NCBI RefSeq assembly: GCF_000143415.4
Contig: NW_003314290.1
Coordinates: forward strand, 372,001-436,000
Direction: 5' to 3'
DNA length: 64,000 bases
Source: Selaginella moellendorffii
Taxonomy: Eukaryota; Plantae; Lycopodiophyta
The translations under genes were made by a program, and so were the position numbers. Positions 1-11,200 of this stretch are shown piece by piece; within the stretch, counting starts at the first letter, position 1, and each line of letters starts with the position of its first letter. Under the pieces are notes generated by a model. The model searched no databases and was not told the DNA's origin. It saw only the letters and a list, made by a program, of their open reading frames with translations.

Positions 1-2
1 GT

Positions 3-212
3 CATCATTTATGGCATGTATATTGTCTAGCCAAGCACTATCCGCATCTCCATAATCTGCTCAACCGGATGGGTTCTTCGACCACTGAACATGAGCGTGG
101 ACGTATTAGAGAAGAGATGGCATTACTATTGGGTTTAAATCCTGATAGTGTGGAGAGTGATGAAATTCCAAGATTATTGTATAGGTGTTGGAGGCAAAAA
201 ATAACAGTCTGA
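3..212 (+). CDS. Possible 3' end of an unknown CDS entering from the left edge
   Basis: Stop-free frame of 69 codons (HHLWHVYCLAKHYPHL...RQKITV*). The HxWHxxC start resembles the tail of a zinc finger. No other support. Confidence 0.2.
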   Translation, partial: HHLWHVYCLAKHYPHLHNLLNRMGSSTTEHERGRIREEMALLLGLNPDSVESDEIPRLLYRCWRQKITV

Positions 213-2314
213 GATGGCATGTATTTATTTAAAAATGTAACTTATTATGGCATGGGGTTCCATGCCATTGTATTAATATTAAAAGACAATTCTTTGAGAG
301 GATTTGCATTATACTAGAAGTGTTACAGCATGTTATTGGAAGTCTGCGAAGTTGTTTTATTAATAAGGGGAAAGTAAAGATTGAATGGGGACTTGGGCTC
401 CACCTAGACTCGGAGCAACTGAGCCAATATTAAAAGGATAGAAAGAAATTGGACGACGATGACAAGGAGAAGAGAGAGGTGAAGCAGTGGCAGGGGGAGG
501 AGAAGTGATTGAGTAGACATTTCCTTGTTTAAAATAAAATGGCATGTGCCTCAATGCAATTGAATTTTGTTATATTTATATACTATATAAAGGTTTGGAA
601 ACCTTATTTTACAAGTGGGATAATGACAATTCCCACTTTAACGAAATAGAGCTTAGAAGAACCAACTCTCTCTTTTATAAGCAACAAGCTTATATCAATG
701 GTTTTTTTTTTTTTCCAAACAATTATATGGCCTTATATAGAATATTATTTCAAATTTAATAACTTTGAAATTTTCATAAAACTGAATTTATTAGCTAGAA
801 AGCACAGAGTACAAATTTAAAGAAGTGAAAAGAATACTTTTTCTATAAACATCTTATTTTATATTCTAATAAACATCCTTGTTATTGCATATAGTTAATA
901 TTTAAATTGTTAGAACAAGAAGTGTCCTTTAGAACATTTTTATCTATATAATATGTAGAGAGTTGTGAACTTATTAGGTTTTCCATAACTATAATATTTT
1001 AAAATTTATAATATTTGTATTAAATTAAAATTGAAAATTGAGCTCAACTCATAAACTCAACTTTTCAGCTTGTGAGCTCAAAAATATCTTATCCAACCTA
1101 CGCAACCATTATCCCTACTTTGTCACACTTCGGAGTTTAATGATATATTTACAAGCATTTTGCTTGGTAGTCAATGATATCTTTAAGTAATTTTTTATAA
1201 GTTGTTTAGCATGTTATCTGCAATTTTGGTAGTTAAGCTTTATCATTAAGTTTTTTTTTTATGATACACTTACTATTGAATTTTGTTAGATGGTTAATCC
1301 TATGACTTTATACTCTAATGATCTTAGTGGTTCCTACTCTATATTGGTTTATCGGATGATAACTTAATTGGAATACTTTTGTATTCTAATATAAAACTTT
1401 TTCACTAATAATTTATTCTTTAAGATATCATTATTTTTAACTTTGATATTGTCCATCTATTGATCTTTAGGTTTGTGTTAGTATAGGCAAATTAGCTTTA
1501 ACACTTTATATGCATAATGAAATCTTTAGTTATGGAATAGTTATTGTAGATTGGGCACATCATTTGTCTCTTTTTCAATGTTTTTTATTCCATTGAAAAA
1601 GGTGTGACCATGTAAACAACTTTAATTGCTTGTTTACAATAATCTATCTAAACTTTATCAACCAAGTTTAGTTTATTTGTTCATAAGGGATGAGCTCTCT
1701 GACTTTTCTTCTATACCACCTATAAATAGGGGCATATTGTAAGTGACTAAATTTTTCATTTTATTTTAGTTACTTAACCACACTTTCAACCACCTGAAGG
1801 AGTCTCACTCACAACCTCCATAAGTCATATTTCGGACTTGAGGACTTGTTAACCCCGAAAATAGCATCTATGCCACTCAACTTTTGCACTTTGTCCAAGT
1901 GCTCTACGTGTCCGATCCCATGATCAATACCCAAAGGTACCATCGACATATCAATTTGTTACACTAAGGTCATGCCCATTCACCTTTGTCACACTGATGG
2001 TCCAACATCACCTACATCACAGTCCCATCTCCTAATGACTAAGCCATCCGCCCATGAGTGATCATCCCTTGACCAAACCTTAGCACCCTTAAAATGCCTG
2101 GAGACATAAGGAACACCCTGTGAGACACAAAATCCCTAGGCCCCAAAGTGGAGCTGGAAGGGCGCCACGTGGTAGTGGCCGAAGCGAAAGCCAAACGAGC
2201 GTAACACGTTTGGACTAAAAGCTCCAACTTGAAAGGTCGAGAGCGGGAGTGGAACTCCCAACAAAGTGCTCGAGGAATGAGTACGAAGCGAGCCATAAGT
2301 GAGGCTCTAAAAAG

Positions 2315-2822
2315 GGACCCGAGATGGAGTCCGAGATGGACCCGAGATGGACCCGAGATGGAGTCCGAGATGGACCCGAGATAGAGTCCGAGATGGACCC
2401 AAGATGGAGTCCGAGATGGACCCGAAGTGAAGTCCGATATGGAGTCCGAGATGGAGTCCGAGATGGACCCGAAATGGAGTCCAATATGGAGTCCGAGATG
2501 GAGTCCAAAATGGAGTCCGATATGGAGTCCGAGATGGAGTCCGAGATGGAGTCCGATATGGAGTCCGAGATGGAGTCTGAGATGGACCGAGATGGAGTCC
2601 GAGATGGACCCGAGATGGAGTCCGAGATGGACCCGAGATGGACCCGAGATGGAGTCCAAGATGGACCCGAGATAGAGTCCGAGATGGACCTGAGATGGAG
2701 TCCGAGATGGACCCGAGGTGGAGTCCGAAATGGACCCGAGGTGGAGTCCGAGATGGAGTCCGAGATGGAACCAGGACCGGGACCAGGACCGAGACCAAGA
2801 CCGAGACCGAGTCCGAGTCCAA
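2315..2822 (+). repeat. LTR-internal minisatellite of 11-12 bp units (GAGATGGAGTCC / GAGATGGACCC) followed by a 6-bp GAGACC/GAGTCC array
   Basis: Directly visible. Recurs in every family-A LTR (approx. 8550-9150, 10780-11230, 18105-18580, 20010-20625, 32350-32695, 35940-36510, 39745-40125). Confidence 0.95.
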
Positions 2823-3303
2823 NNNNNNNNNNNNNNNNNNNNNNNNNNNNNNNNNNNNNNNNNNNNNNNNNNNNNNNNNNNNNNNNNNNNNNNNNNNNNN
2901 NNNNNNNNNNNNNNNNNNNNNNNNNNNNNNNNNNNNNNNNNNNNNNNNNNNNNNNNNNNNNNNNNNNNNNNNNNNNNNNNNNNNNNNNNNNNNNNNNNNN
3001 NNNNNNNNNNNNNNNNNNNNNNNNNNNNNNNNNNNNNNNNNNNNNNNNNNNNNNNNNNNNNNNNNNNNNNNNNNNNNNNNNNNNNNNNNNNNNNNNNNNN
3101 NNNNNNNNNNNNNNNNNNNNNNNNNNNNNNNNNNNNNNNNNNNNNNNNNNNNNNNNNNNNNNNNNNNNNNNNNNNNNNNNNNNNNNNNNNNNNNNNNNNN
3201 NNNNNNNNNNNNNNNNNNNNNNNNNNNNNNNNNNNNNNNNNNNNNNNNNNNNNNNNNNNNNNNNNNNNNNNNNNNNNNNNNNNNNNNNNNNNNNNNNNNN
3301 NNN
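2823..3303. other. Assembly gap (481 N) inside the 5' LTR of A1
   Basis: Run of N. Confidence 1.
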
Positions 3304-4211
3304 TTGGAGCCCAGTGGAGCCAGTTTGGTCCAGGTAACCCAGGCTCAGTGTTGGGTGATGAGCTGACCACTGGGAAGCCCAAGACTAGAGTGAACACGGA
3401 CCGACAAGCTGGGTAGCTTGGTGAAGTGTTCAAGAACTGGGTCTAGTTCCCCTGGGAGATCGATTGGCCGATGCTCCCAGTCCAAGTGTGGGTGGCACTA
3501 CTTACTTGGATACCAGGTGTGGCTCAATGGAACCTCGCTCTAAGCCCATGGCTAGAGCACCCAAGGGTGGAAGGCGGGGAGAGTACCCAGGTGGCTCGCG
3601 TAAGGCCACGGTGTTTCGAAATGTTGTCCCAAAGGCCTAGACTGTGGAAAGGAAGAGGAGCAGTCCTCTGGGGCAGTGACCAAGGACGCAGTCGTGTGGT
3701 GAGGAAGTCCCAGAGGACCGTGGGACTTAGTGGTCGGGCCTGTGGGCCTCGATCCAGTGGCAGTGTTGGCAAACACGGCCAAGGGCAGAAAGGGACTTAG
3801 TGGGGACTGACAGAGGGATATTGGGGAAGGCTATTCCCCTTGTTGGTGGGCATCCTAAGGATGCTAAGGAGTGGATCTGAGATGACCACTCACGGATGGT
3901 TTGCCTAGCCTTGGAGAGCCAAGACTATGATGCAAGTGGTATTGGACTACTAGTGTGGCAAAGGTGATTGGGCATGGCCTTAGCATAACAAGCTGCCATG
4001 TCGGTGGTACTTTTGAGTGTCGGTCATGGGATCGGACACGTGGAGCACTTGGACCAAGTGCAAATGTTGAGTGGCATGGATGCCATTCTCGGGGCTAGCA
4101 AGTCCCAAGTCATGAATTGGACTTATGGAGGTTGTGAATGAGACTCCTCCAAGTGGTCGGAGGTGTGGTTAAGTGACTAAAGTAGAATGGAAAATTTAGT
4201 CGCTTACAGTT

Positions 4212-4223
4212 TGGTATCGGAGC
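4212..4223 (+). promoter_or_regulatory. Primer-binding site (tRNA-iMet type) of A1
   Basis: TGGTATCGGAGC three bases after the LTR end, one mismatch to canonical TGGTATCAGAGC. Confidence 0.9.
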
Positions 4224-6645
4224 CGTTCCTTAGTCCGACTTTTATTGGTGCTCAAGTATATCACCATTGATATTAGCATTGGAAGGTCCTAGGAGTGGGC
4301 TTATCCTTGAGGAGTAGCATGCCGAGAGGACATGGCTCTCCACTCAAGTTCATGTGCGACTTAGGCACGATGTGGTGGATAGAAAAGGGGCCGGTAAGGG
4401 AACGACTTTGGGATCTTGGGAACAGTATATGGTTTTCCTCAAAGAGTTGAGGATGTGATCCAGATGAGCGTTTGACTCAGTAAATGGCCAATGTAGTTGT
4501 GGTAAACAACTAAAGTTGGGATCACAGGAAAGATAAAAACTCCAAAGCAATAAGGGAGTCACAAGATTATCCTCATATAGTTGAGGTTGGTGCTCATGAA
4601 TGTGAGACCAGAAGTAATGACCGTGGGAGGTCAAATACGGAAGAGGACTCAAGTCCTTGAAATGGTAGCCGGAGCTACCTTTAATAAATGCGGGAACAAC
4701 CCAAGGAGTTGGGGGGTGTACTTAGAGATGAGTTGGTATTCTCATCGCATGGACAAGTAATCCTAAGGAGCAAAGGTTGGCCCCAGAGAACAAAATCAAA
4801 TGTCAGAGTAACACCTGTGAAAATAGTCCTTTTGAGTAGGACAGGAATGCAAGAAGTGTATTCCAGTGAGCTAGTGCCTCACAAGTAGGACCTTACGGGT
4901 CTGTGGATTAACCAAGTCCAAAACTGCTAGATGACTCAAGTAGAGTCAAGGGATGGTCCTAAAAGGACTGATGGAAACATTTGGACTGAGGTGTGTGGTG
5001 CCCCATGAAGGATGGGCAGGATTTTAAGATCCAAGTATGAGAACAGTAGGTATTTCACTGATGGCAGACGTGGGAAAGAGTTTCCCAGAGGAAAACAACT
5101 TTGACACAAAGTTGTGCATAAACTCTATGGTGCAGTGCTAATGGATAATTGGCATAAGTGACAACCATATTAGTCTTGGCAAAAAGACCTAGACACAAGT
5201 AAGGAGTGTCATAAAGGTAGGCTCGTGGAGCCGAGGGTGTGGAGACACCGAAGGTGCCAAAGCGTGCTACCTTGAGGTCAAGTTGGTGGGTTCATGAGAA
5301 CCCTATCCAAAGGAATCCCAATGGCATAGCCTAAGTTAGAAGGCATGTGGTTAGAGTGTGGTGACCCAGATAATGATGGAGGTGTGGAAGCATCAGCAAT
5401 GAGTTGTAGGACTTGACAACTATGAGGCAACTAAGCAAAATAATTCGTTAAATTGGTAGAAGGTAACTACCTAAAACTTCTTATTGGGATAAGGAAGTTA
5501 GATATACCCTTAAGGGGGATAACTTGCTTATGTTGCAATATAGTAAGTCAATGTCGAAAGAGGAATGCTCATTGTCAGAAAGACCTCATTGGGACATCTA
5601 AACACTCTAGAACACTAAAAGGTGGTGTTTAGTGTTGCAAAGGCAATGGATAATGCCCAAGGGACAAAGTCCCTAGCAAATGATGGATAGGAGGTGCTAT
5701 CCAAATGTCCAAGGTTGCGGTGACGGGAGAAGTCCGTATACCCAAATCGAACAAAGCCAAAGACGGGATTTTGGTGGGGCTAGTGATGGGCATATGAAGG
5801 CCCATAAGTAGCAACGGTAATCCTAGTATGGGGGATTACAAGGTGAGCAACCCCGGATTGAGGAACCACTCCCTAGGTGGTCGAGTAGGTTCATCCTTAC
5901 GAATACTTGCCAAGGCATGGTAGAAAATGCAAAACTATCTTCCTAGTCTGGAAGAGAATAACCGAAGGAAATGTATGAGGCAAAACAAAAAGCAAGTAAT
6001 ATAAGGATAGAACCGAACCATAGGAATTGACAGGCATGACCAAGGGTGGTTATGCAAGTTGGGAGTGGAGAATCAAGTGGGTGCTCAAGCATGTTGTTAC
6101 TAACGACTAGGATTTCATGGAGAGTCTAAAACATAGGATTGTCCATGTTAGACTATATGGCAATTGAAAAGCTTGTGAAAGGAGAGACCTTAGCAAGCTA
6201 AAGAACATAGTTCTTTGAACGTTCCTCCTAGGTAGATAAGTACCTAGACGTCCAAGTGTAAATGGTTTATAGAGCGCACGAAATCAGAGTGGCGCAGCAG
6301 AAGCGTGGTCTTGAAGCTTGCAAGAGGCGAGGCTATCAAGGTTAGGAAAGTAGTTCCCGAGTGTTCAAAGAGAGGGCTTTGAATGAAAGTCAATGGTTAA
6401 GGACTTTCACGCTTATGCATGAACCATGTTACGGTGGCCAGATAACTTGCTAAGTGAGATTGGCAAGTTGGGGGAACGAATACCCTAGTTGAAGGAGCCA
6501 ACTTCAAAGGGGTGGCCCATGAGGCCAAGCATGGAGGAGTCCATGCATGATCACAAATTTGTCAAGTGAGAGGACTTGGCAGTGCGGAGGAACTAGGTTC
6601 CTAAGTTGTGATTTGTAGCGCGCTTTAAATATAAGTTGGTGCACC

Positions 6646-6875
6646 GGCGTGGGGAGTCACGCCAGGCATCCTAGGTGATGCTGTCCGTAGATGCATATAC
6701 GAAAGTTGGGTTCGAGTCCCGACCCTTTAGTGCTTGGGTTCGAGTCCCAAATCACTAGGGTGTGGTGATGGTTTGGAATATGAGGACACTCATATTTCGG
6801 TGGTCATGGACTCTTAATGAGGATATTGGCTTGGGCACACCGCCAAGTGGGGGATGCCCCGGAGTCGTGATGCAC
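6646..6875 (+). ncRNA. Candidate cis-acting structured RNA with two T-loop-like hairpins (A1 copy)
   Basis: Series of inverted repeats including two GGG-TTCGAGT-CCC hairpins. Homologous to 30721-30965 with compensatory changes. Confidence 0.6.
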
Positions 6876-8072
6876 GGTTAGATTGCTTAGTGTGGCTCAG
6901 CATATCTAACTTGAACACTTTAGTGCCAGTGGCACCAAAGACGTGGTGAATGAGATGGGGACACCCAGTCTCAGTTGCTATGGACCCTTGGCCGGAAGGG
7001 CTAGCTTGGGTGCACCGCCAAGTGTGGGGGATGCCCCCGGGGTCGTAGTTAACAAGTTAAAGGTCTGAAAGACCTAGTACCTATTAGCAAACCTGTTAAG
7101 GTGCCGAGGTGAGATCACTAGGTGATCTTGTGGCTAAATAAGGACAAAGTCCTTGTTTGAGTTAAGGAATAAGGTTTCTAGTTCAAAGTGTTGATTTGAA
7201 CTATTGATGATGGTGTGGCTTGGTCAAGGTGACCAAGTGGGAAAAGCACCTTAGGGAAATGAGCTATGTCATTGCGATGGCATAGTGTGTCCAAGGAAAG
7301 TAGTCTCTAAAGAGACCCATGGGAGGGTCACAAAGTTGGGCCGTGGATAGAGCCCACAGTAGAAGATGCTAAAGAGACTTACTAGGGGTGAACACCCTAG
7401 TCTTGGCAAAGCAGAGCCTTTGCTATGGAATCAAAAGAATACCTCAAGGAGGGAGGTAGAGATTCGATATTGCTTGGTACAACAATCAACGAATAGGAGC
7501 AAAAGATGAGTGGCCAAGATAGGGCCGTGGAATCCCTTGGAAGGAATCCAAGTGACAAAGTTAGGCGAGGAACACTAATGTGTTGGACGCTAACAAATTG
7601 CGGGAAAGGAAGTGTGTTTCCAAGGATGGATTCCGAATTGCTCTGATTTGGCGAAAGTGGAAGCTCCAAGGGAGGGAGCGATAAGGTAGCCAAATGATAG
7701 GGCCATGGACAACCCTAGCACAAAGTATGATAAATGGAACTTAGTGCCTAAGGTGGCACGAAATAGAAGAGAGGATGATAGTGCCCTCAAGTAATGAACT
7801 TCTTAGGATGGGGAAGTGGAGTTGCACAATCGGTGCAATGCAAGGTGTTGGAGACACCTAGGAAATTGACTTCCAAAAGTCAAAAGAGTAAAAGTTCCAA
7901 GGTGCAAACGTTCAATAGATGGAAATTGAGACTACTCGATGAGTAGTGAGATTGACTTAGAGAAGGGTTTCTAAGAGGTTTAGCGAGAACTAAACTAATA
8001 AAAGGAGAGAACCACTACATGTGGTCCAATCAGTCTCTAAGTTGGAGAGACTACCCTCCTTAGAGGATAGGC

Positions 8073-8250
8073 AAGGCATGGTGAGTCTTTGGTGTCAAAC
8101 CATTGAGGAATATGCAAAAGGCATGGTGAGCCTTTGGTGTCAAACCATTGAGGAATATGCAAAAGGCATGGTGAGCCTTCAATGTCAAACTATTGACGAA
8201 TATGGAGAAGGCATGGTGAGCCTTCAATGTCAAACCATTGACAAATATTG
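8073..8250 (+). repeat. Four tandem 45-bp units upstream of the A1 PPT
   Basis: AAGGCATGGTGAGC...CAAACCATTGA starting at 8073, 8118, 8163 and 8208. Confidence 0.9.
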
Positions 8251-11200
8251 GCTAGGTGCTAAGGATGGAAATGGTAACACATGCGGGTGTTACTTTATAA
8301 AATGGTTTACCGTTCGATGAGGACATCAAACTTCGTCTATAGGTGGTGGAGTTGTGAGACACAAAATCCCTAGGCCCCAAAGTGGAGCTGGAAGGGCGCC
8401 ACGTGGTAGTGGCCGAAGCAAAAGCCAAACGAGCGTAACACGTTTGGACTAAAAGCTCCGACTTGAAAGGTCGAGAGCGGGAGTGGAACTCCCAACAAAG
8501 TACTCGAGGAATGAGCACGAAGCGAGTCATAAGTGAGGCTCTAAAAAGGGACCCAAGATGGAGTTCGAGATGGACCCGAGATGGACCCAAGATGGAGTCC
8601 GAGATGGACCCGAGATAGAGTCCGAGATGGACCCGAGATGGAGTCCGAGATGGACCCGAAGTGAAGTCCGATATGGAGTCCGAGATGGAGTCCGAGATGG
8701 ACCCGAAATGGAGTCCAATATGGAGTCCGAGATGGAGTCCAAAATGGAGTCCGATATGGAGTCCGAGATGGAGTCCGAGATGGAGTCCGATATGGAGTCC
8801 GAGATGGAGTCCGATATGGAGTCCGAGATGGAGTCTGAGATGGACCGAGATGGACCCGAGATGGAGTCCGAGATGGACCCGAGATGGACCCGAGATGGAG
8901 TCCAAGATGGATCCGAGATAGAGTCCGAGATGGACCCGAGGTGGAGTCCGAGATGGACCCGAGGTGGAGTCCGAGATGGACCCGAGGTGGAGTCCGAGAT
9001 GGACCCGAGGTGGAGTCCGAGATGGAGTCCGAGATGGAACCGAGACCGGGACCAGGACCAAGACCGAGACCGAGACCGAGACCGAGACTGAGACCGAGTC
9101 TGAGTCCAAATCTGGGACCGAGACCGAGTCCGAGTCCGAGTCCGAGTCTGAATACTAATACAGGCAGTTGGGTGAAAGCCCAAAGCAATCGTCCCCCAGA
9201 GGGGGGCGGGGGCTACGGGGGGTTCCAAAAGTATAGTAGGGAGAGTGTGGGGGTTGGAGCCCAGTGGAGCCAGTTTGGCCAGGAAAGGCCAGTTTGGCCC
9301 AGGCAAGCTAGGCCCAGTGTTGGGTGATGAGCTGACCACTGGGAAGCCCAAGACTAGAGTGAACACGGACCGACAAGCTGGGTAGCTTGGTGAAGTGTTC
9401 AAGAACCGGCTCTAGTTCCCCCGGGAGATCGACTGGCCGATGCTCCCAGTCCAAGTGTGGGTGGCACTACCTACTTGGATACCAGGCGTGGCTTAACGGA
9501 ACCTTGCTCTAAGCCCATGGCTAGAGCACCCAAGGGCGGAAGGCGGGGAGAGTACCCAGGTGGCTCGCATAAGGCCACGGTGTTCCGAAATGTTGTCCCA
9601 AAGGCCTAGACTGTGGAAAGGAAGAGGAGCAGTCCTTTGGGGCAGTGACCAAGGACGCAGTCATGTGGTGAGGAAGTCCCAGAGGACCGTGGGACTTAGT
9701 GGTCGGGCCTGTGGGCCTCGATCCAGTGGCAGTGTTGGCAAACACGGCCAAGGGCAGAAAGGGACTTAGTGGGGACTGACGGAGGGATATTGGGGAAGGC
9801 TATTCCCCTTGTTAGTGGGCATCCTAAGGATGCTAAGGAGTGGATCTGAAATGACCACTCACGGATGGTTTGCCTAGTCTTGGAGAGCCAAGACTGTGAT
9901 GCAAGTGGTATTGGACTACCAGTGTGGCAAAGGTGATTGGGCATGGCTTAGTGTAACAAGCTGCCATGTCGGTGGTACCTTTGAGTGTCGGTCATGGGAT
10001 CGGACACGTGGAGCACTTGGACCAAGTGCAAATGTTGAATGGCATGGATGCCATTCTCGGGGCTAGCAAGTCCCAAGTCCTGAATTGGACTTATGGAGGT
10101 TGTGAATGAAACTCCTCCAAGTGGTCGGAGGTGTGGTTAAGTGACTAAAGTAGAATGGAAAATTTAGTCGCTTACACACCCTTCCCCAATATCCTTTTTT
10201 CGATCCTCACCAAGTCCCTCTTTATCCATAGTTGTGGTTGCCAACACTGCCACTAAGTCAAAGCCCAAAGGCCCGACCATTAAGTCCCACTGTCCTTTAG
10301 GACTTCCTCACTATATGACTGTATTTTTGGTTACTACACTAGAGGACTGCTCTTTTTCTTTTCCATAGTTTAAGACTTTGAAACAACATTTTGAAACACC
10401 GTGGCCCTACATGAGCCTCATGGGTACTCTCCTCACCTTCCGCCTTTAGGTGCCTTAGCCATATAGCTAAAGCAAGGTTCTGATAAGCCATATTAGGTAT
10501 TCAAGTAGGTAATGCTACCCACACTTGGATTGGGAGGATCATTCGATCTCCTGAGGGAGCTAGAGCTGGTTCTTGAACACTTCACCAAACTATCTTACTT
10601 GTCTATCCATATTCACTCTAGCCTTGGACTCTTCAATGGTTATATCATCATCTAACATATAGGTATAACCCTTCTTGGTCACACTGGCATTTCCTAGCCA
10701 AATTGGCTATACTAGAGTCCTCCCCCAACTATACTTCTGGAGCTCACCAACCCCCCAAGGTCTAAAAGACAAATGCTTTGGACTCGAACTCGAACTCGGA
10801 CTCAATCTCAATCTCGGTCTCGGTCTCGGTCTCGGTCTCAATCTCGGTCTTGACCTCGGACTCCATCTCAGGTCCATCTTAGACTCCATCTCGGACTCCA
10901 TCTCGAGTCCATCTCAAACTCCATCTTGGGTCCATCTCAAACTCCATCTTGGGTCCATCTTGGACTCCATCTTGGGTCCATCTTAGACTCCATCTTAGGT
11001 CCATCTCGGACTTTATCTTGGATCCATCTCAGACTCCATCTTGGACTCCACCTCGGACTCCATCTCGGACTCCATCTCGGGTCCATCTCGGACTCCATCT
11101 CAAACTCCATCTCGAGTCCATCTTAGGGTCCATCTTGAACTCTATCTCGAGTCCATCTCGGACTCTATTTGGGAACCATCTCAAGCTTCATCTCGGATTC

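Larger units (their letters stand above)
2119..10176 (+). mobile_element. Element A1: complete non-autonomous Ty3/Gypsy LTR retroelement (LARD-like)
   Basis: Near-identical LTRs 2119-4208 and 8353-10176 (TGTGAGACAC...CGCTTACA). Perfect TSD CACCC at 2114-2118 and 10177-10181. PBS at 4212, PPT-like AGGTGGTGGAGT at 8341-8352. The 4.1-kb interior has no long ORF. Confidence 0.95.

Noticed and set aside
2039-3433. Long ORFs of MESE/WSPR/LGLH/DSIS repeats, here and in every LTR
   Set aside because: Translations of the stop-poor LTR minisatellite (and of the N gap), open in several frames on both strands. Not proteins.
8550-9150. CRISPR-like appearance of the regular short repeats
   Set aside because: Units are head-to-tail with no unique spacers, no cas genes are present, and the context is a eukaryotic LTR.
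9320-9350. Hammerhead ribozyme (retrozyme) in the family-A LTR, from GTGATGAG
   Set aside because: Lacks the CTGATGA core and a correctly placed GAAA with the three stems.
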